Assembly (NCBI GenBank): GCA_964035545.1
Contig: OZ037768.1
Coordinates: 15,359,875 to 15,423,874 of the forward strand
Source of the DNA: Bugula neritina
Taxonomy: Eukaryota; Animalia; Bryozoa
Direction: 5' to 3'
Length of the DNA: 64,000 nt
Shown here: piece by piece, positions 46,701 through 62,889 of the stretch
Position numbering within the stretch: the first letter of the stretch is position 1
Layout of the letters: each line of letters opens with the position of its first letter
Position numbers and translations under genes: made by a program
The notes under the pieces: generated by a model
Database searches by the model: none
Seen by the model: the letters and a program-made list of their open reading frames with translations, nothing else
What the model was told of the DNA's origin: nothing

Positions 46701-49700
46701 AAATACACTGTAACATACTGAAATACACTGCAACACACTGAAGTATACTGTAATATACAGAAATGTACTGTATAATACTGAAATATACTGCAACATTCCG
46801 AAATATACTGCAACACATTGAAATATACTGCAATATACCGAAATGTGCTGTAGCATACTGAAATACACTGCAACACATTGAAATATACTGCAACATACCG
46901 AAAAATATGGTAACCAACTGAAATATACTGTACCATAATGAAATATACTGCGAAATACTGAAATACACTGCAACATACTGAAATACACTGTAACATATTG
47001 AAATAGACTGCAACACATTGAAATATACTGAAACATACGGAAATGTATGCTAACCTACTGAAAAATGTTGCAAACCACTGAAACATACTGCAACATCCTG
47101 AAACAAAATGAGATATACTATAACACACTCAAACATACCGCAAAATACTGAAATACACTGTAGCATACTGAAATATACTGCAACATACTGCAACATACTG
47201 AAATACACTGTAACATGCTGAAATAAACCGCAACATAATGCAACATACTGAAATACACTGTAAAATATTGAAATACACTGCAACACATTGAAATATACTG
47301 CAACACACTGAAATATATGGTAACCTACTCAAAATATACTGTAACACATTGAAATATATCGAACATTTTGAAACACACTGCAACACAATGAAGTATACTG
47401 AAATATACAGAAATCTACTGTAAAATACTGAAATATACTTCAACATACTGAATTGTTCTGCGACATACTGAAGTACAGTGCAACAAAATTAAAAACACTG
47501 TAACACACTGAAACATACTGCAAAATACCTAAATATACTGTAACATACTGAAGCATGCTGCAACATACTGAAACATACTTCAACATACTGAAATGTACCT
47601 AAAAATATTGAAACATAGTGAAATACACTGTAACATACTGAAATACACTGCAACACACTGAAGTATACTGTAATATACAGAAATGTACTGTAAAATACTG
47701 AAATATACTGCAACATACCGAAATATACTGCAACACATTGAAATATACTGCAACATACCGAAATATGCTGTAGCATACCGAAATAGGTTGCAACACACTG
47801 AAATATACCGTAATATACAGAATTTTACTGTAACATACTGAAACATACGTCAACATACTGAAATGTATTGCAACATGCTGAAATATACTGCAACATACTG
47901 AAATACACCGTGACAAACTGAATTACACTGCAACATATTGAAATACACTGCAACATATTGAAATAGACTGCAACACATTGAAATTTACTGTAACATACTG
48001 AAATATACTGCAAGATACTGCAACATACTGAAATACATTGTAAGATACTGAAATACACTGCAACATACTGCAACATACTGAAATGTACTGCAACATGCTG
48101 AAATGTACTGTAACACGCTGAAAGAAACTACAAAATACTAAAATAAACTGCAACATACTGAAATAAAATCCAAACTACTGAAATATACTGAAACACTCAA
48201 AAAATTATTGCAATTGTCCAACATAGTGAACTATACTGCAAAAACACTGAAATATACTGCAACGTACTGGAGTATGCTGTATCATACTGAAATACAATGC
48301 AAAACATTGAAGTATACAGTAATTTACAGAAATGTACTGTAACATACTGAAACCTACGTCAATATACTGAAATGTACTGCAACATGCTGAAATATACTGC
48401 AACATACTGAAATAAACTGTAACATACTGAATCACACTGCAACATACCGCAACAAACTGAAACGTACTGCAACATGCTGAAATATACTGCGACATACTGA
48501 AATACACTGTAACATACTGAATTACACTGCAACATACTGCGACATACTGACGTGCACTGCTTCAAAATTAAACATACTGTAACACACTGAAACATACTGC
48601 AAATTACTGAAATATATGGTAACCTACTCAAAATATACTGCAACATACTGAAATATGCTGTAGCATACTGAAATACACTGCAAAACACTGAAGTATACCG
48701 TAATTTACAGAAATGTACTGTAACATACTGAAATATACTTCAACATACTGAACTATACCTAAAAACATTGAAACATGCTGAAATACACCGTAACATACTG
48801 AAATACACTGCAACACATAGGACTATACTGCAACATACCGAAATATATGGTAACCTACTGAAATATGTTGCAAACTACTGAAATATACTGCAACATACTG
48901 CAAGATACTGAAATACACTGCTACACATTGAATTATACTGCAACATACCGAAATATATGGTAACCTACTGAAATATATTTTGACACATCGAGTGAATTTA
49001 CAGAAACGCACTGTAACATACTGAAACATACGTCAACACACTGAAATGTACTGTAACATACTGAAACATACGTCAACATACTGAAATCTACTGCAACTTG
49101 CTGAAATATACTGCAACATACTGAAATACAGTGTAACATACTGAAATACACTGCAAGACACTGAAGTATACCGTAATTTACAGAAATGTACTGTAACATA
49201 CTGAAACATACGTCAACATACTGAATTGTACTGCAACATGCTGAAATATACTGCAACATACTGAAATACACTGTAACATACTGAATTACACTGCAACATA
49301 CTGCAACATACTGGAGTGCACTGCAAAAAAATTAAACATACTGTAACACACTGAAACATACTGCAAAATACGGAAATACATGGTGACCTACTCAAAATAT
49401 ACTGCAACATACTGAAATATGCTGTAGCATACTGAAATACACTGCAAAACACTAAAGTATACCGTAATTTACAGAAATGTACTGTAATATACTGAAATAT
49501 CTTTCAACATACTGAAATACACTGCAACACATTGGGCTGTACTGCAACATACCGAAATATATGGTAACCTACTGAAATATGTTGCAAACAACTGAGATAT
49601 ACTGCAACATACTGCAACATACTGAAATACACTGCTACACATTGAAATATACTGAAATGTACTGTAACATGCTGAAATATACTGCAACATACTGAAATAC

Positions 49701-50040
49701 ACTGTAACATACTGAATTACACTGCAACATACTGCGACATACTGAAGTACAGTGCAACAAAATTAAACATACTGTAACACACTGAAACATACTGCAAAAA
49801 ACTGAAATATACTGTACCATACTAAAGCATCCTGCAACATACTGAAACATACTTCAACATACCGAAATATACCTAAAAATATTGAAACATAGTGAAATAC
49901 ACTGTAACATACTGAAATACACTGCAACACACTGAAGTATACTGTAATATACAGAAATGTACTGTAAAATACTGAAATATACTGCAACATTCCGAAATAT
50001 ACTGCAACACATTGAAATATACTGCAACATACCGAAATAT
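43720..50040. repeat. ~3244-bp tandem duplication (2 copies; offset drifts 3254, 3244, 3194 through 10- and 50-bp indels)
   Basis: ORF pairs 44245/47489, 44961/48205 and 45579/48823 are offset by 3244, 43864/47118 by 3254, and ends 46656/49850 by 3194. The landmark CAAAAAATTATTGCAATTGTCC is at 44954 and 48198. Confidence 0.9.
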
Positions 50041-50399
50041 ACTACAACATGCTCAAATATACTGCAACATACTGAAATACCCCGTAACAAACTGATTTCA
50101 TTGCAACATATTGAAATACACCGCAACATACCGAAATATATGATAACCTACTGAATTAGACTGTAACACATTGAATTATACTGCAACATACTGAAATACA
50201 CTGCAACACACTGGAGTATACTGCGAATTACTGAAATATATGGTAACTTACTCAAAATATACTGCAACATACTGAAATATGCTGTAGCATACTGAAATAC
50301 ACTGCAAAACACTGAAGTATACCGTAAATTACAGAAATGTACTGTAACATACTGAAATATACTTCAACATACTGAAATATACCTAAAAAACATTGAAAC

Positions 50400-53010
50400 A
50401 TGCTGAAATACACTGTAACATACTGAAATACACTGCAACACATTGGACTATACTGCAACATACCGAAATATATGGTAACCTACTGAAATATGTTGCAAAC
50501 TACTTAAATATACTGCAACATACTGCAACATACTGGAATACACTGTAACATATTGAATTACACCTCAACATAGTGAAATAAACTTCAACATACTGAAATA
50601 TACTGCAACATACTGAAATACATTGTAAGATACTGAAATACACTGCAACATACTGCATCATACTGAAAAAAACTGCAATACATTGAAATATACTGCAACA
50701 TACTGAAATACACTATAACATACTAAAATATACTGCAACATACTGCAACATATTGAAATAAACTGTAACATACTTAAATACACTGCAACAAAATGCAACA
50801 TACTGAAATACACTGCAACACACTGAATATACTGAAATATAAAGATATCTATTGTAAAATACTGAAATATACTGCAACATACTGAAATACACTGCAACAC
50901 ACTGGAGTATACTGCAAATTACTGAAATGTACTGTAACATACTGAAATATACTTCAACATACTGAAATATACCTAAAAACATTGAAACATGCTGAAATAC
51001 ACTGTAACATACTGAAATACACTGCAACACATTGGACTATACTGCAACATACCGAAATATATGGTAACCTACTGAAATATGTTGCGAACTACTTAAATAT
51101 ACTGCAACATACTGCAACATACTGAAATATACTGCAACATACTGAAATATACTGCAAGATACTGCAACATACTGAAATACATTGTAAGATACTGAAATAC
51201 ACTGCAACATACTGCAACATACTACAACATACTGAAATAAACTGCGATACATTGAAATATACTGCAACATACTGAAATACACTATAACATACTAAAATAT
51301 TCTGCAACATACTGCAACATACTGAAATAAACTGTAACATACTTAAATACACTGCAACAAAATGCAACATACTGAAATACACTGCAACACACTGAAGTAT
51401 ACTGAAATATAAAGATATCTATTGTAAAATACTGAAATATACTGCAACATACTGAAACATACTGCAACATACTGCAACATACTGCAACATCCTGAAATAC
51501 ACTGTAACATACTGAAGTACACTGCAAAAAAAATAAACATACTGTAACACACTGAAACATACTGCGAAATACTGAAATACAGTGTAACATACTGAAATAC
51601 ACTGCAACACATTGAAATATACCGCAACATACCGAAATATATGATAACCTACTGAAATAGACTGTAACACATTGAATCATACTGCAACATACTGAAACGC
51701 ACTGCAACACACTGAAGTATACTGTAATATACAGAAATATACTGTAACATACTGAAACATAATGAAATACACTGTAACATACTGAAATACACTGCAACAC
51801 ATTGAAATATACGGCAACATACTGAAATATACTGCAACATCCAGAAGTATACTGCAAGATACTGCAACATACTGAAATACATTGTAAGATACTGAAATAC
51901 ACTGCAACACACTGAAGTAAACTGTGATATACAGAAATTTACTGTAAAATACTGAAACATACGCCAACATACTGAAATATATTTCAACATACTGAAACAT
52001 ATCTAAAAATATTGAAACATGCTGAAATACATTGTAACATACTGAATTAGACTGTAACATACTGAATCACAGTGTAACATATTGAAATACACTGCAACAC
52101 ATTAAAATACACTGCAACATACTGCAATTCACTGAAACACATTGCAAGACACTGCAGTTCACTGTAATTTACAGAAATGTACTATAACATACTGAAATAT
52201 GCGGCAGCATATTGAAATATACCGCAACACATTAAAATATACTGCAACATAATGAAATATGCTGTAGCATACTGAAATCCACTGCAACACACTGAAGTAT
52301 ACTGTAATATACAGAAATGTACTGTAAATTACTGAAATATACTTCAACATACTGCTATATATTGAAATATACTGTAACACACTGAAACATACTGCGAAAT
52401 ACTGGAATACAGTGTAACATACTGAAATACACTGCAACACATTGAAATATACCGCAACATACCGAAATATATGATAACCTACTGAAATAGACTGTAACAC
52501 ATTGAATCATACTGCAACATACTGAAACACACTGCAACACACTGAAGTATACTGTAATATACAGAAATATACTGTAACATACTGCAACATACTGAAATAC
52601 ACCGTAACAAACTGAATTACACTGCAACATAATGAAATACAATGTAACATACCTAAAAATATTGAAACATACTGAAATACATTGTAACGTACTGAATTAG
52701 ACTGCAACATACTGAATCACAGTGTAACATATTGAAATACACTGCAACACAATAAAATACACTGCAACATACTGCAATTCACTGAAACACATTGCAAGAC
52801 ACTGCAGTTTACTGTAATTTACAGAAATGTACTATAACATACTGAAATATGCGGCAGCATATTGAAATATACCGCAACACATTAAAATATACTGCAACAT
52901 AATGAAATATGCTGTAGCATACTGAAATCCACTGCAACACACTGAAGTATACTGTAATATACAGAAATGTACTGTAAATTACTGAAATATACTTCAACAT
53001 ACTGCTACAT
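50400..53010. repeat. Irregular diverged zone with short overlapping local duplications (~570-590, 830 and 650 bp offsets)
   Basis: AAAGATATCTATTG is at 50841 and 51411. ACTGTAACACACTGAAACATACTGCGAAAT is at 51541 and 52371. ATTGCAAGACACTGCAGTT...GCGGCAGCAT is at 52141 and 52791. Confidence 0.8.
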
Positions 53011-54033
53011 ATTGGAATATACTGCAACACACTGAAATATACTGCAAGTTACCGCAACATACTGAAATACACTGTAACATATTGAAATACACTGCAACAC
53101 ATTGAAATCTACTGCAACATACTGAAACATACTGCAACATACTGAAGTATACTGCGACACAATGAAGTATACTGCAACATACTGAAATATGCTGTAGCAT
53201 ACTGAAATACACTGCAACACACTGAAGTATACTGTAATATACAGAAATGTACGGTAACATACTAAAACATAGTCAACCTACTGAAATGTACTGTAACATA
53301 TTGAATGATACTGCAACATACTGAAACACACTGTAACATACTGAATTACACTGCAACATACTGCAACATACTCAAGTACACTGCAACAGAATTAAATATA
53401 CTGTAACACACTGAAACGCACTGCAAAATACTGAAATATACTGTAACATACTAAAGCATCCTGCAACATACTGAAACATACTTCAACATACTGAAATATA
53501 CCTAAAAATAATAAAACATACTGAAATACGCTGTAACAAACCGAAATGCACTGCAACACATTGGAATATACTGCAACATATCGAAATATATGGTAACCTA
53601 CTGAAATATGTTGCAAACTACTGAAATATACTTCAACATACTGAAATATACCTAAAGATATTGAAACATAGTGATATACACTGTAACATACTGAAATACA
53701 CTGCAACACATCGGAACATTCTGCAACATACCAAATTACATCGTAACCTACTGAAATATGTTGCAAGCTACCTAAATATACTGCAATATATTGCAACTTA
53801 CTGAAATACATTGTAAGATACTGAAACACACTGCAACATTTTGCAACCCACTAAAATACACTGCAACATACTGAAATACACTGTCACATACTGAATTACA
53901 CTGTAACATACTGCAACATACTGCAACAAAATGAAATACACTGTAGCATACTGAAATACACTGTAACATATTGAAACACACTGCAAGACATCAAAATATA
54001 CTGCAACATACTGAAACATACCGCAACATACTG

Positions 54034-57000
54034 AAATATACTGCAACACAATGAAGTATACTGCAACATACTGAAATATGCTGTAGCATACTGAAATACA
54101 CTGCAACACACTGAAGTATACTGTAATATACAGAAATGTACTGTAACATACTGAAACAAACGTCAACATACTGAAATGTACTGCAACATACTGAAATATA
54201 CTGCAACAATGTGAAATACACTGTAACATACTGAGTTACACTGCAACTTACTGCAACATACTGAAGTACACTGCAACACATTGAATTATACTGCAAGATA
54301 CCAAAATATATGGTAACCTACTAAAATATGTTGCAAACCGCTGAAACATACTGCAACATACTGCAACAAAATGAAATATACTGCAACATACTGAAATACA
54401 TTGTAAGATACTGAAATACATTGCAACATATTGAATTTTGCTGCAACTTACTGCAACATACTGAAGTACACTGCAACACATTGAAATATACTGCAACATA
54501 CCAAAATATATGGTAACCTACTGAAATATGTTGCAAACCAATGAAACATACTGCAACATACTGCAACAAAATGAAATATACTGTAACACATTGAAACATA
54601 CTGCAAAATACTGAAACATACTGTAACATACTAAAACATACTGCAACCTACTGAAATATAATACAACATACTTAATCACACTGCAACATACTGAAATACA
54701 CTGCAACCCATTGAAATACACTGCAACATACTGCAATTTACTGAAATACAGTGCAAGACACTGCAGTATACTGTAATATACAAAAATGTACTGTAAAATA
54801 CTGAAATATATTGCAATATACTGAAATTAACCTAAAATTAATAAAACATACTGAAATACACTGTAACATACTGAAATACACTGCAACACACGGGAATATA
54901 CTGCAACATACCGAATTATATGGTAAGACTACTGAAATGTGTTGCAAACTACTGAAATATACTGCAACATACTGCAACATACTGGAATACACTGTAACAT
55001 TTTGAAATACACTGCAACATATTGAAATGTACCGCAACATACCGAAATATATGATAACCTACTGAAATATACTGTGACACATTGAATGATACTGCAACAT
55101 ACTGAAATACACTGCAACACACTGAAGTATGCTGTAATATACAGAGATGTATTGTAACATACTGAAAGATGCAACAACATATTGAAATATACTGCAACAC
55201 ATTGAAATATACTGCAACATACTATAATATGCCGTAGCATACTGAAATACACAGCAACACACTGAAGTATACTGTAGTATACAGAAATGGACTGTAAAAT
55301 ACAGAAATATACTGCAACATACTGAAATATACTGCAACATACTGCAACGTACTGAAATACACTGCAACAAACTGAAATACACTGCAACATACTGAAGTAT
55401 ACTGCAACATACTGAAATATACTGCGACAACTTGAAATGTACTGCAACATACTGAAATATGCTGTTGTATACTGAAATACACTGCAACACACTGAAGTGA
55501 ATTGTGATATACAGAAATTTACTGTAAAATACTGAAACATACGCCAACATACTGAAATATATTTCAACATACTGAAACATATCTAAAAATATTGAAACAT
55601 AATGAAACACATTGAAACATACTGAATTGCACTGCAACATACTGAATCACAGTGTAACATATTGAAATACACTGCAAAACATTGAAATACACTGCAACAT
55701 ACCGAAATATATGGTAACCTACTGAAATATGTTGCAAACTACTGAAATATACTACAACATACTGCAACATACTGGAATACACTGTAACATATTGAAATAC
55801 AGTGCACCTAATTGAAATATACCGCAACATACCAAATTATATGGTAACTTACTAAAATATACTGTAACACATTGAAGTATACTGCAACATACTGAAATAC
55901 ACTGCAACACACTGAAGTATACTGTAATATACAGAAATGTACTGTAACATACTGAAACATGCGGCAACAGATTCAAATATACTGAAAGGCATTGAAATAT
56001 ACTGCAAGACATTGAAATATACTGCGACATACTGAAATATATGGTAACTTACTGAAATATACTATAACACATTGAATGATACTACAACATACTGAAATAC
56101 ACTGCAGCACACTGAAGTATACTGTAATATTCAGAAATGTACTGTAACATACTGAAACATGCGGCAACGTATTGAAATATAGTGCAACACACTGAAATAT
56201 ACTGCAACATACTACAATATGCTGTAGCATACTGAAAAACACGGCAACACATTGAAGTATACTGCAGTATACAGAAATGTACTGTAAAATACAGAAATAT
56301 ACTGCAACATACTGAAATATACTGCCATATACTGCAACATACTGAAATACACTGCAACAAACCAAAATACACTGCAACATACTGAAATATACTGCAACAT
56401 CCTGAAATATGCTGCAAGATACTGCAACATGCTGAAATACATTGTAAGATACTGAAATACACTGCAACATTTTGCAACATACTGAAATACACTGCAACAC
56501 CTTGAAATATACTGCAACATACTGAAATATACGGCAACATACTGAAATAGACTGCAACACATTGAAATATACTGCAACCTATTGAAATATACTGCAAGAT
56601 ACTGCAACATACTGAAATATACCTAAAAACATTGAAACATACTGAAATACACTGTAACATACTCAACATACACTGCAACACATTGGAATATACTGCAATA
56701 TACCGAAATATATGGTTACCTACTGAAATATGTTGCATACTACTGAAATACACTGCAACACACTGAAGTATACTGTAATATACAGAAATGTATTGTAACA
56801 TACTGAAACATGCGGCAACATGTTGAAATATACTGCAACACATTGAGATATACTGCAACATACTGAAATATGTTTTAGCATACTGAAATACACGGCAAGA
56901 CACTGAAGTATACTGTAATATACAGAAACGTACTGTAAAATACTGAAATATACTTCAACATACTGAAATATACCTAAAAATATTGAAAGAGACTGAAATA

Positions 57001-60000
57001 CACTGGAACATACTGAAATACACTGCAACACATTTGAATATACTGCAACATACCAATATATATGGTAACCTACTGAAATATGTTGCAAACTACCGAAGTA
57101 TACTGCAGCATACTGCCACATAATGAAATATACTGCAACATACTGAAATATACTGCAAGATTCTGCAACATACTGAAATACACTGTAACATACTGAAATA
57201 CATTTCAACAAACTAAAATATACTGAAACACACCAAAAATTATTGCAACTGTGCAACATAATGAAAATATACCGCAAAAACACTGAAATATACCACAACA
57301 CACTGAAATATGCTGTAGCATACTGAAATACATTATAGGACACAGAAGTATACTGTAATTTACAGAAATGTACTATAACATACTGAAACATACGTCAACA
57401 TACTGAAATGTACTGCGTCATGCTGAAATATACTGCAACATACTGAAATATACTGCACTATACTGAAATATGCTGTAGCATACTGATATACACTGGAACA
57501 CACTGAAGTATACTGTAATATACAGAAATGTACTGTAACATACTGAAACATACGTCAACATACTGAAATGTACTGCAACATGCTGAAATATAATACAACA
57601 TATTAAAATATACTGCAACATACTGAAATATACTCTAACACATTGAGATAAACTGAAACATGCTGAAATATACTGCAACATAAAAAAATAAACTGCAACA
57701 TGCTGAAATATACTGCAACATATCAAAGTAAATCGTAATATACGGATATGTACTGGAACATACTGTAACATACTGAAACATAGTGAACATACTGAAATGT
57801 ACTGCAACACACTGAAATATACTGCAACAATGTGAATTACACTGTAACATACTGAATTACACTGCAACATAGTGCAACATACTGAAGTACACTGCAACAC
57901 ATTGAAGTATACTGTAATATACAGAAATGTAGTCTAAAATACAGAAATATAATGCAACATACTGAAATATTATACTGCAATATACTGCAACATACTGAAA
58001 TACACTGTAACAAACTGAAATACACTGCAACATACTGAAAGATACTGCAACATACTGAAATATACTGCAAGATACTGCAACATACTGAAATACGTTGTAA
58101 GAAACTGAAGTACACTGCAACATTTTGCAACATACTGAAATACATTGCAACAAACTAAAATATACTGAAACGCACCAAAAATTATTGCAACTGTGCGACA
58201 TAACGAAAATATACTGCAACACAATGAAGTATACTGCAACATACTGAAGTATGCTGTAGCATACTGAAATACACTGCAACACACTGAAGTATACTGTAAT
58301 ATACAGAAATGTACTGTAACATACTGAAACAAACGTCAACATACTGAAATGTACTGCAACATACTGAAATATACTGCAACAATGTGAAATACACTGTAAC
58401 ATACTGAGTTACACTGCAACTTACTGCAACATACTGAAGTACACTGCAACACATTGAATTATACTGCAAGATACCAAAATATATGGTAACCTACTAAAAT
58501 ATGTTGCAAACCGCTGAAACATACTGCAACATACTGCAACAAAATGAAATATACTGCAACATACTGAAATACATTGTAAGATACTGAAATACATTGCAAC
58601 ATATTGAATTTTGCTGCAACTTACTGCAATATACTGAAGTACACTGCAACACATTGAAATATACTGCAACATACCAAAATATATGGTAACCTACTGAAAT
58701 ATGTTGCAAACCAATGAAACATACTGCAACATACTGCAACAAAATGAAATATACTGTAACACATTGAAACATACTGCAAAATACTGAAACATACTGTAAC
58801 ATACTAAAACATACTGCAACCTACTGAAATATAATACAACATACTTAATCACACTGCAACATACTGAAATACACTGCAACCCATTGAAATCCACTGCAAC
58901 ATACTGCAATTTACTGAAATACAGTGCAAGACACTGCAGTATACTGTAATATACAAAAATGTACTGTAAAATACTGAAATATATTGCAATATACTGAAAT
59001 TAACCTAAAATTAATAAAACATACTGAAATACACTGTAACATACTGAAATACACTGCAACACACGGGAATATACTGCAACATACCGAATTATATGGTAAG
59101 ACTACTGAAATGTGTTGCAAACTACTGAAATATACTGCAACAAACTGCAACATACTGGAATACACTGTAACATTTTGAAATACACTGCAACATATTGAAA
59201 TGTACCGCAACATACCGAAATATATGATAACCTACTGAAATATACTGTGACACATTGAATGATACTGCAACATACTGAAATACACTGCAACACACTGAAG
59301 TATGCTGTAATATACAGAGATGTATTGTAACATACTGAAAGATGCAACAACATATTGAAATATACTGCAACACATTGAAATATACTGCAACATACTATAA
59401 TATGCCGTAGCATACTGAAATACACAGCAACACACTGAAGTATACTGTAGTATACAGAAATGGACTGTAAAATACAGAAATATACTGCAACATACTGAAA
59501 TATACTGCAACATACTGCAACGTACTGAAATACACTGCAACAAACTGAAATACACTGCAACATACTGAAATATACTGCAACATACTGAAATATACTGCGA
59601 CAACTTGAAATGTACTGCAACATACTGAAATATGCTGTTGTATACTGAAATACACTGCAACACACTGAAGTGAATTGTGATATACAGAAATTTACTGTAA
59701 AATACTGAAACATACGCCAACATACTGAAATATATTTCAACATACTGAAACATATCTAAAAATATTGAAACATAATGAAACACATTGAAACATACTGAAT
59801 TGCACTGCAACATACTGAATCACAGTGTAACATATTGAAATACACTGCAAAACATTGAAATACACTGCAACATACCGAAATATATGGTAACCTACTGAAA
59901 TATGTTGCAAACTACTGAAATATACTACAACATACTGCAACATACTGGAATACACTGTAACATATTGAAATACAGTGCACCTAATTGAAATATACCGCAA

Positions 60001-62387
60001 CATACCAAATTATATGGTAACTTACTAAAATATACTGTAACACATTGAAGTATACTGCAACATACTGAAATACACTGCAACACACTGAAGTATACTGTAA
60101 TATACAGAAATGTACTGTAACATACTGAAACATGCGGCAACAGATTCAAATATACTGGAAGGCATTGAAATATACTGCAAGACATTGAAATATACTGTGA
60201 CATACTGAAATATATGGTAACTTACTGAAATATACTATAACACATTGAATGATACTACAACATACTGAAATACACTGCTGCACACTGAAGTATACTGTAA
60301 TATTCAGAAATGTACTGTAACATACTGAAACATGCGGCAACGTATTGAAATATAGTGCAACACACTGAAATATACTGCAACATACTACAATATGCTGTAG
60401 CATACTGAAAAACACGGCAACACACTGAAGTATACTGCAGTATACAGAAATGTACTGTAAAATACAGAAATATACTGCAACATACTGAAATATACTGCCA
60501 TATACTGCAACATACTGAAATACACTGCAACAAACCAAAATACACTGCAACATACTGAAATATACTGCAACATCCTGAAATATGCTGCAAGATACTGCAA
60601 CATGCTGAAATACATTGTAAGATACTGAAATACACTGCAACATTTTGCAACATACTGAAATACACTGCAACACCTTGAAATATACTGCAACATACTGAAA
60701 TATACGGCAACATACTGAAATAGACTGCAACACATTGAAATATACTGCAACCTATTGAAATATACTGCAAGATACTGCAACATACTGAAATATACCTAAA
60801 AACATTGAAACATACTGAAATACACTGTAACATACTCAACATACACTGCAACACATTGGAATATACTGCAATATACCGAAATATATGGTTACCTACTGAA
60901 ATATGTTGCATACTACTGAAATACACTGCAACACACTGAAGTATACTGTAATATACAGAAATGTATTGTAACATACTGAAACATGCGGCAACATGTTGAA
61001 ATATACTGCAACACATTGAGATATACTGCAACATACTGAAATATGTTTTAGCATACTGAAATACACGGCAAGACACTGAAGTATACTGTAATATACAGAA
61101 ACGTACTGTAAAATACTGAAATATACTTCAACATACTGAAATATACCTAAAAATATTGAAAGAGACTGAAATACACTGGAACATACTGAAATACACTGCA
61201 ACACATTTGAATATACTGCAACATACCAATATATATGGTAACCTACTGAAATATGTTGCAAACTACCGAAGTATACTGCAGCATACTGCCACATAATGAA
61301 ATATACTGCAACATACTGAAATATACTGCAAGATTCTGCAACATACTGAAATACACTGTAACATACTGAAATACATTTCAACAAACTAAAATATACTGAA
61401 ACACACCAAAAATTATTGCAACTGTGCAACATAATGAAAATATACCGCAAAAACACTGAAATATACCACAACACACTGAAATATGCTGTAGCATACTGAA
61501 ATACATTATAGGACACAGAAGTATACTGTAATTTACAGAAATGTACTATAACATACTGAAACATACGTCAACATACTGAAATGTACTGCGTCATGCTGAA
61601 ATATACTGCAACATACTGAAATATACTGCACTATACTGAAATATGCTGTAGCATACTGATATACACTGGAACACACTGAAGTATACTGTAATATACAGAA
61701 ATGTACTGTAACATACTGAAACATACGTCAACATACTGAAATGTACTGCAACATGCTGAAATATAATACAACATATTAAAATATACTGCAACATACTGAA
61801 ATATACTCTAACACACTGAGATAAACTGAAACATGCTGAAATATACTGCAACATAAAGAAATAAACTGCAACATGCTGAAATATACTGCAACATATCAAA
61901 GTAAATCGTAATATACGGATATGTACTGGAACATACTGTAACATACTGAAACATAGTGAACATACTGAAATGTACTGCAACACACTGAAATATACTGCAA
62001 CAATGTGAATTACACTGTAACATACTGAATTACACTGCAACATAGTGCAACATACTGAAGTACACTGCAACACATTGAAGTATACTGTAATATACAGAAA
62101 TGTAGTCTAAAATACAGAAATATAATGCAACATACTGAAATATTATACTGCAATATACTGCAACATACTGAAATACACTGTAACAAACTGAAATACACTG
62201 CAACATACTGAAATATACTGCAACATACTGAAATATCCTGCAAGATACTGCAACATACTGAAATACGTTGTAAGAAACTGAAGTACACTGCAACATTTTG
62301 CAACATACTGAAATACATTGCAACAAACTAAAATATACTGAAACGCACCAAAAATTATTGCAACTGTGCGACATAACGAAAATATAC
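54034..62387. repeat. Near-perfect 4173-bp tandem duplication of diverged satellite
   Basis: ORF pairs 54248/58421, 54738/58911, 56082/60255, 56720/60893 and 57837/62010 are all offset by 4173. I see only about a dozen substitutions by eye. The junction is near 58205-58214. Confidence 0.95.
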
Positions 62388-62889
62388 CGCAAAAACACTG
62401 AAATATGATGCAACATACTGAAGTATGCTGTAGCATACTGAAATACAGTGCAAGACACCGAAATATACTGTAATTTACAGAATTTTACTGTAACATACTG
62501 AAATGTACTGCAACATACTGAAATATACTGCAACAATGTGAAATACACTGTATCATACTGAATTACACTGCAACATAGTGAAACATACTGAAATACACTG
62601 CAACACATTGAAATAAACTGCAACATACCGAAATATATGGTAACCTACTGAAAAATGTTGCAAACCACTGAAACATACTGCAACAAAATGAAATATACTG
62701 CAACACACTGAAACATACTGCAAATTGCTGAAACATACTGTGACATACCAAAACATACTGCAACATACTGAAATATACTGCACAATACTGCAACATACTG
62801 AAGTACACTGTAACATACTGAGATACACTGTAACATATTGAAATACACTGCAACACATTGAAATATACTGCAACATACGTAAACATACG

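Noticed and set aside
11203-59178. Five short plus-strand ORFs (61-65 aa, HTEIHCNILKYTAT-like)
   Set aside because: These are chance stop-free runs of the same satellite and are not conserved as ORFs across HOR copies.
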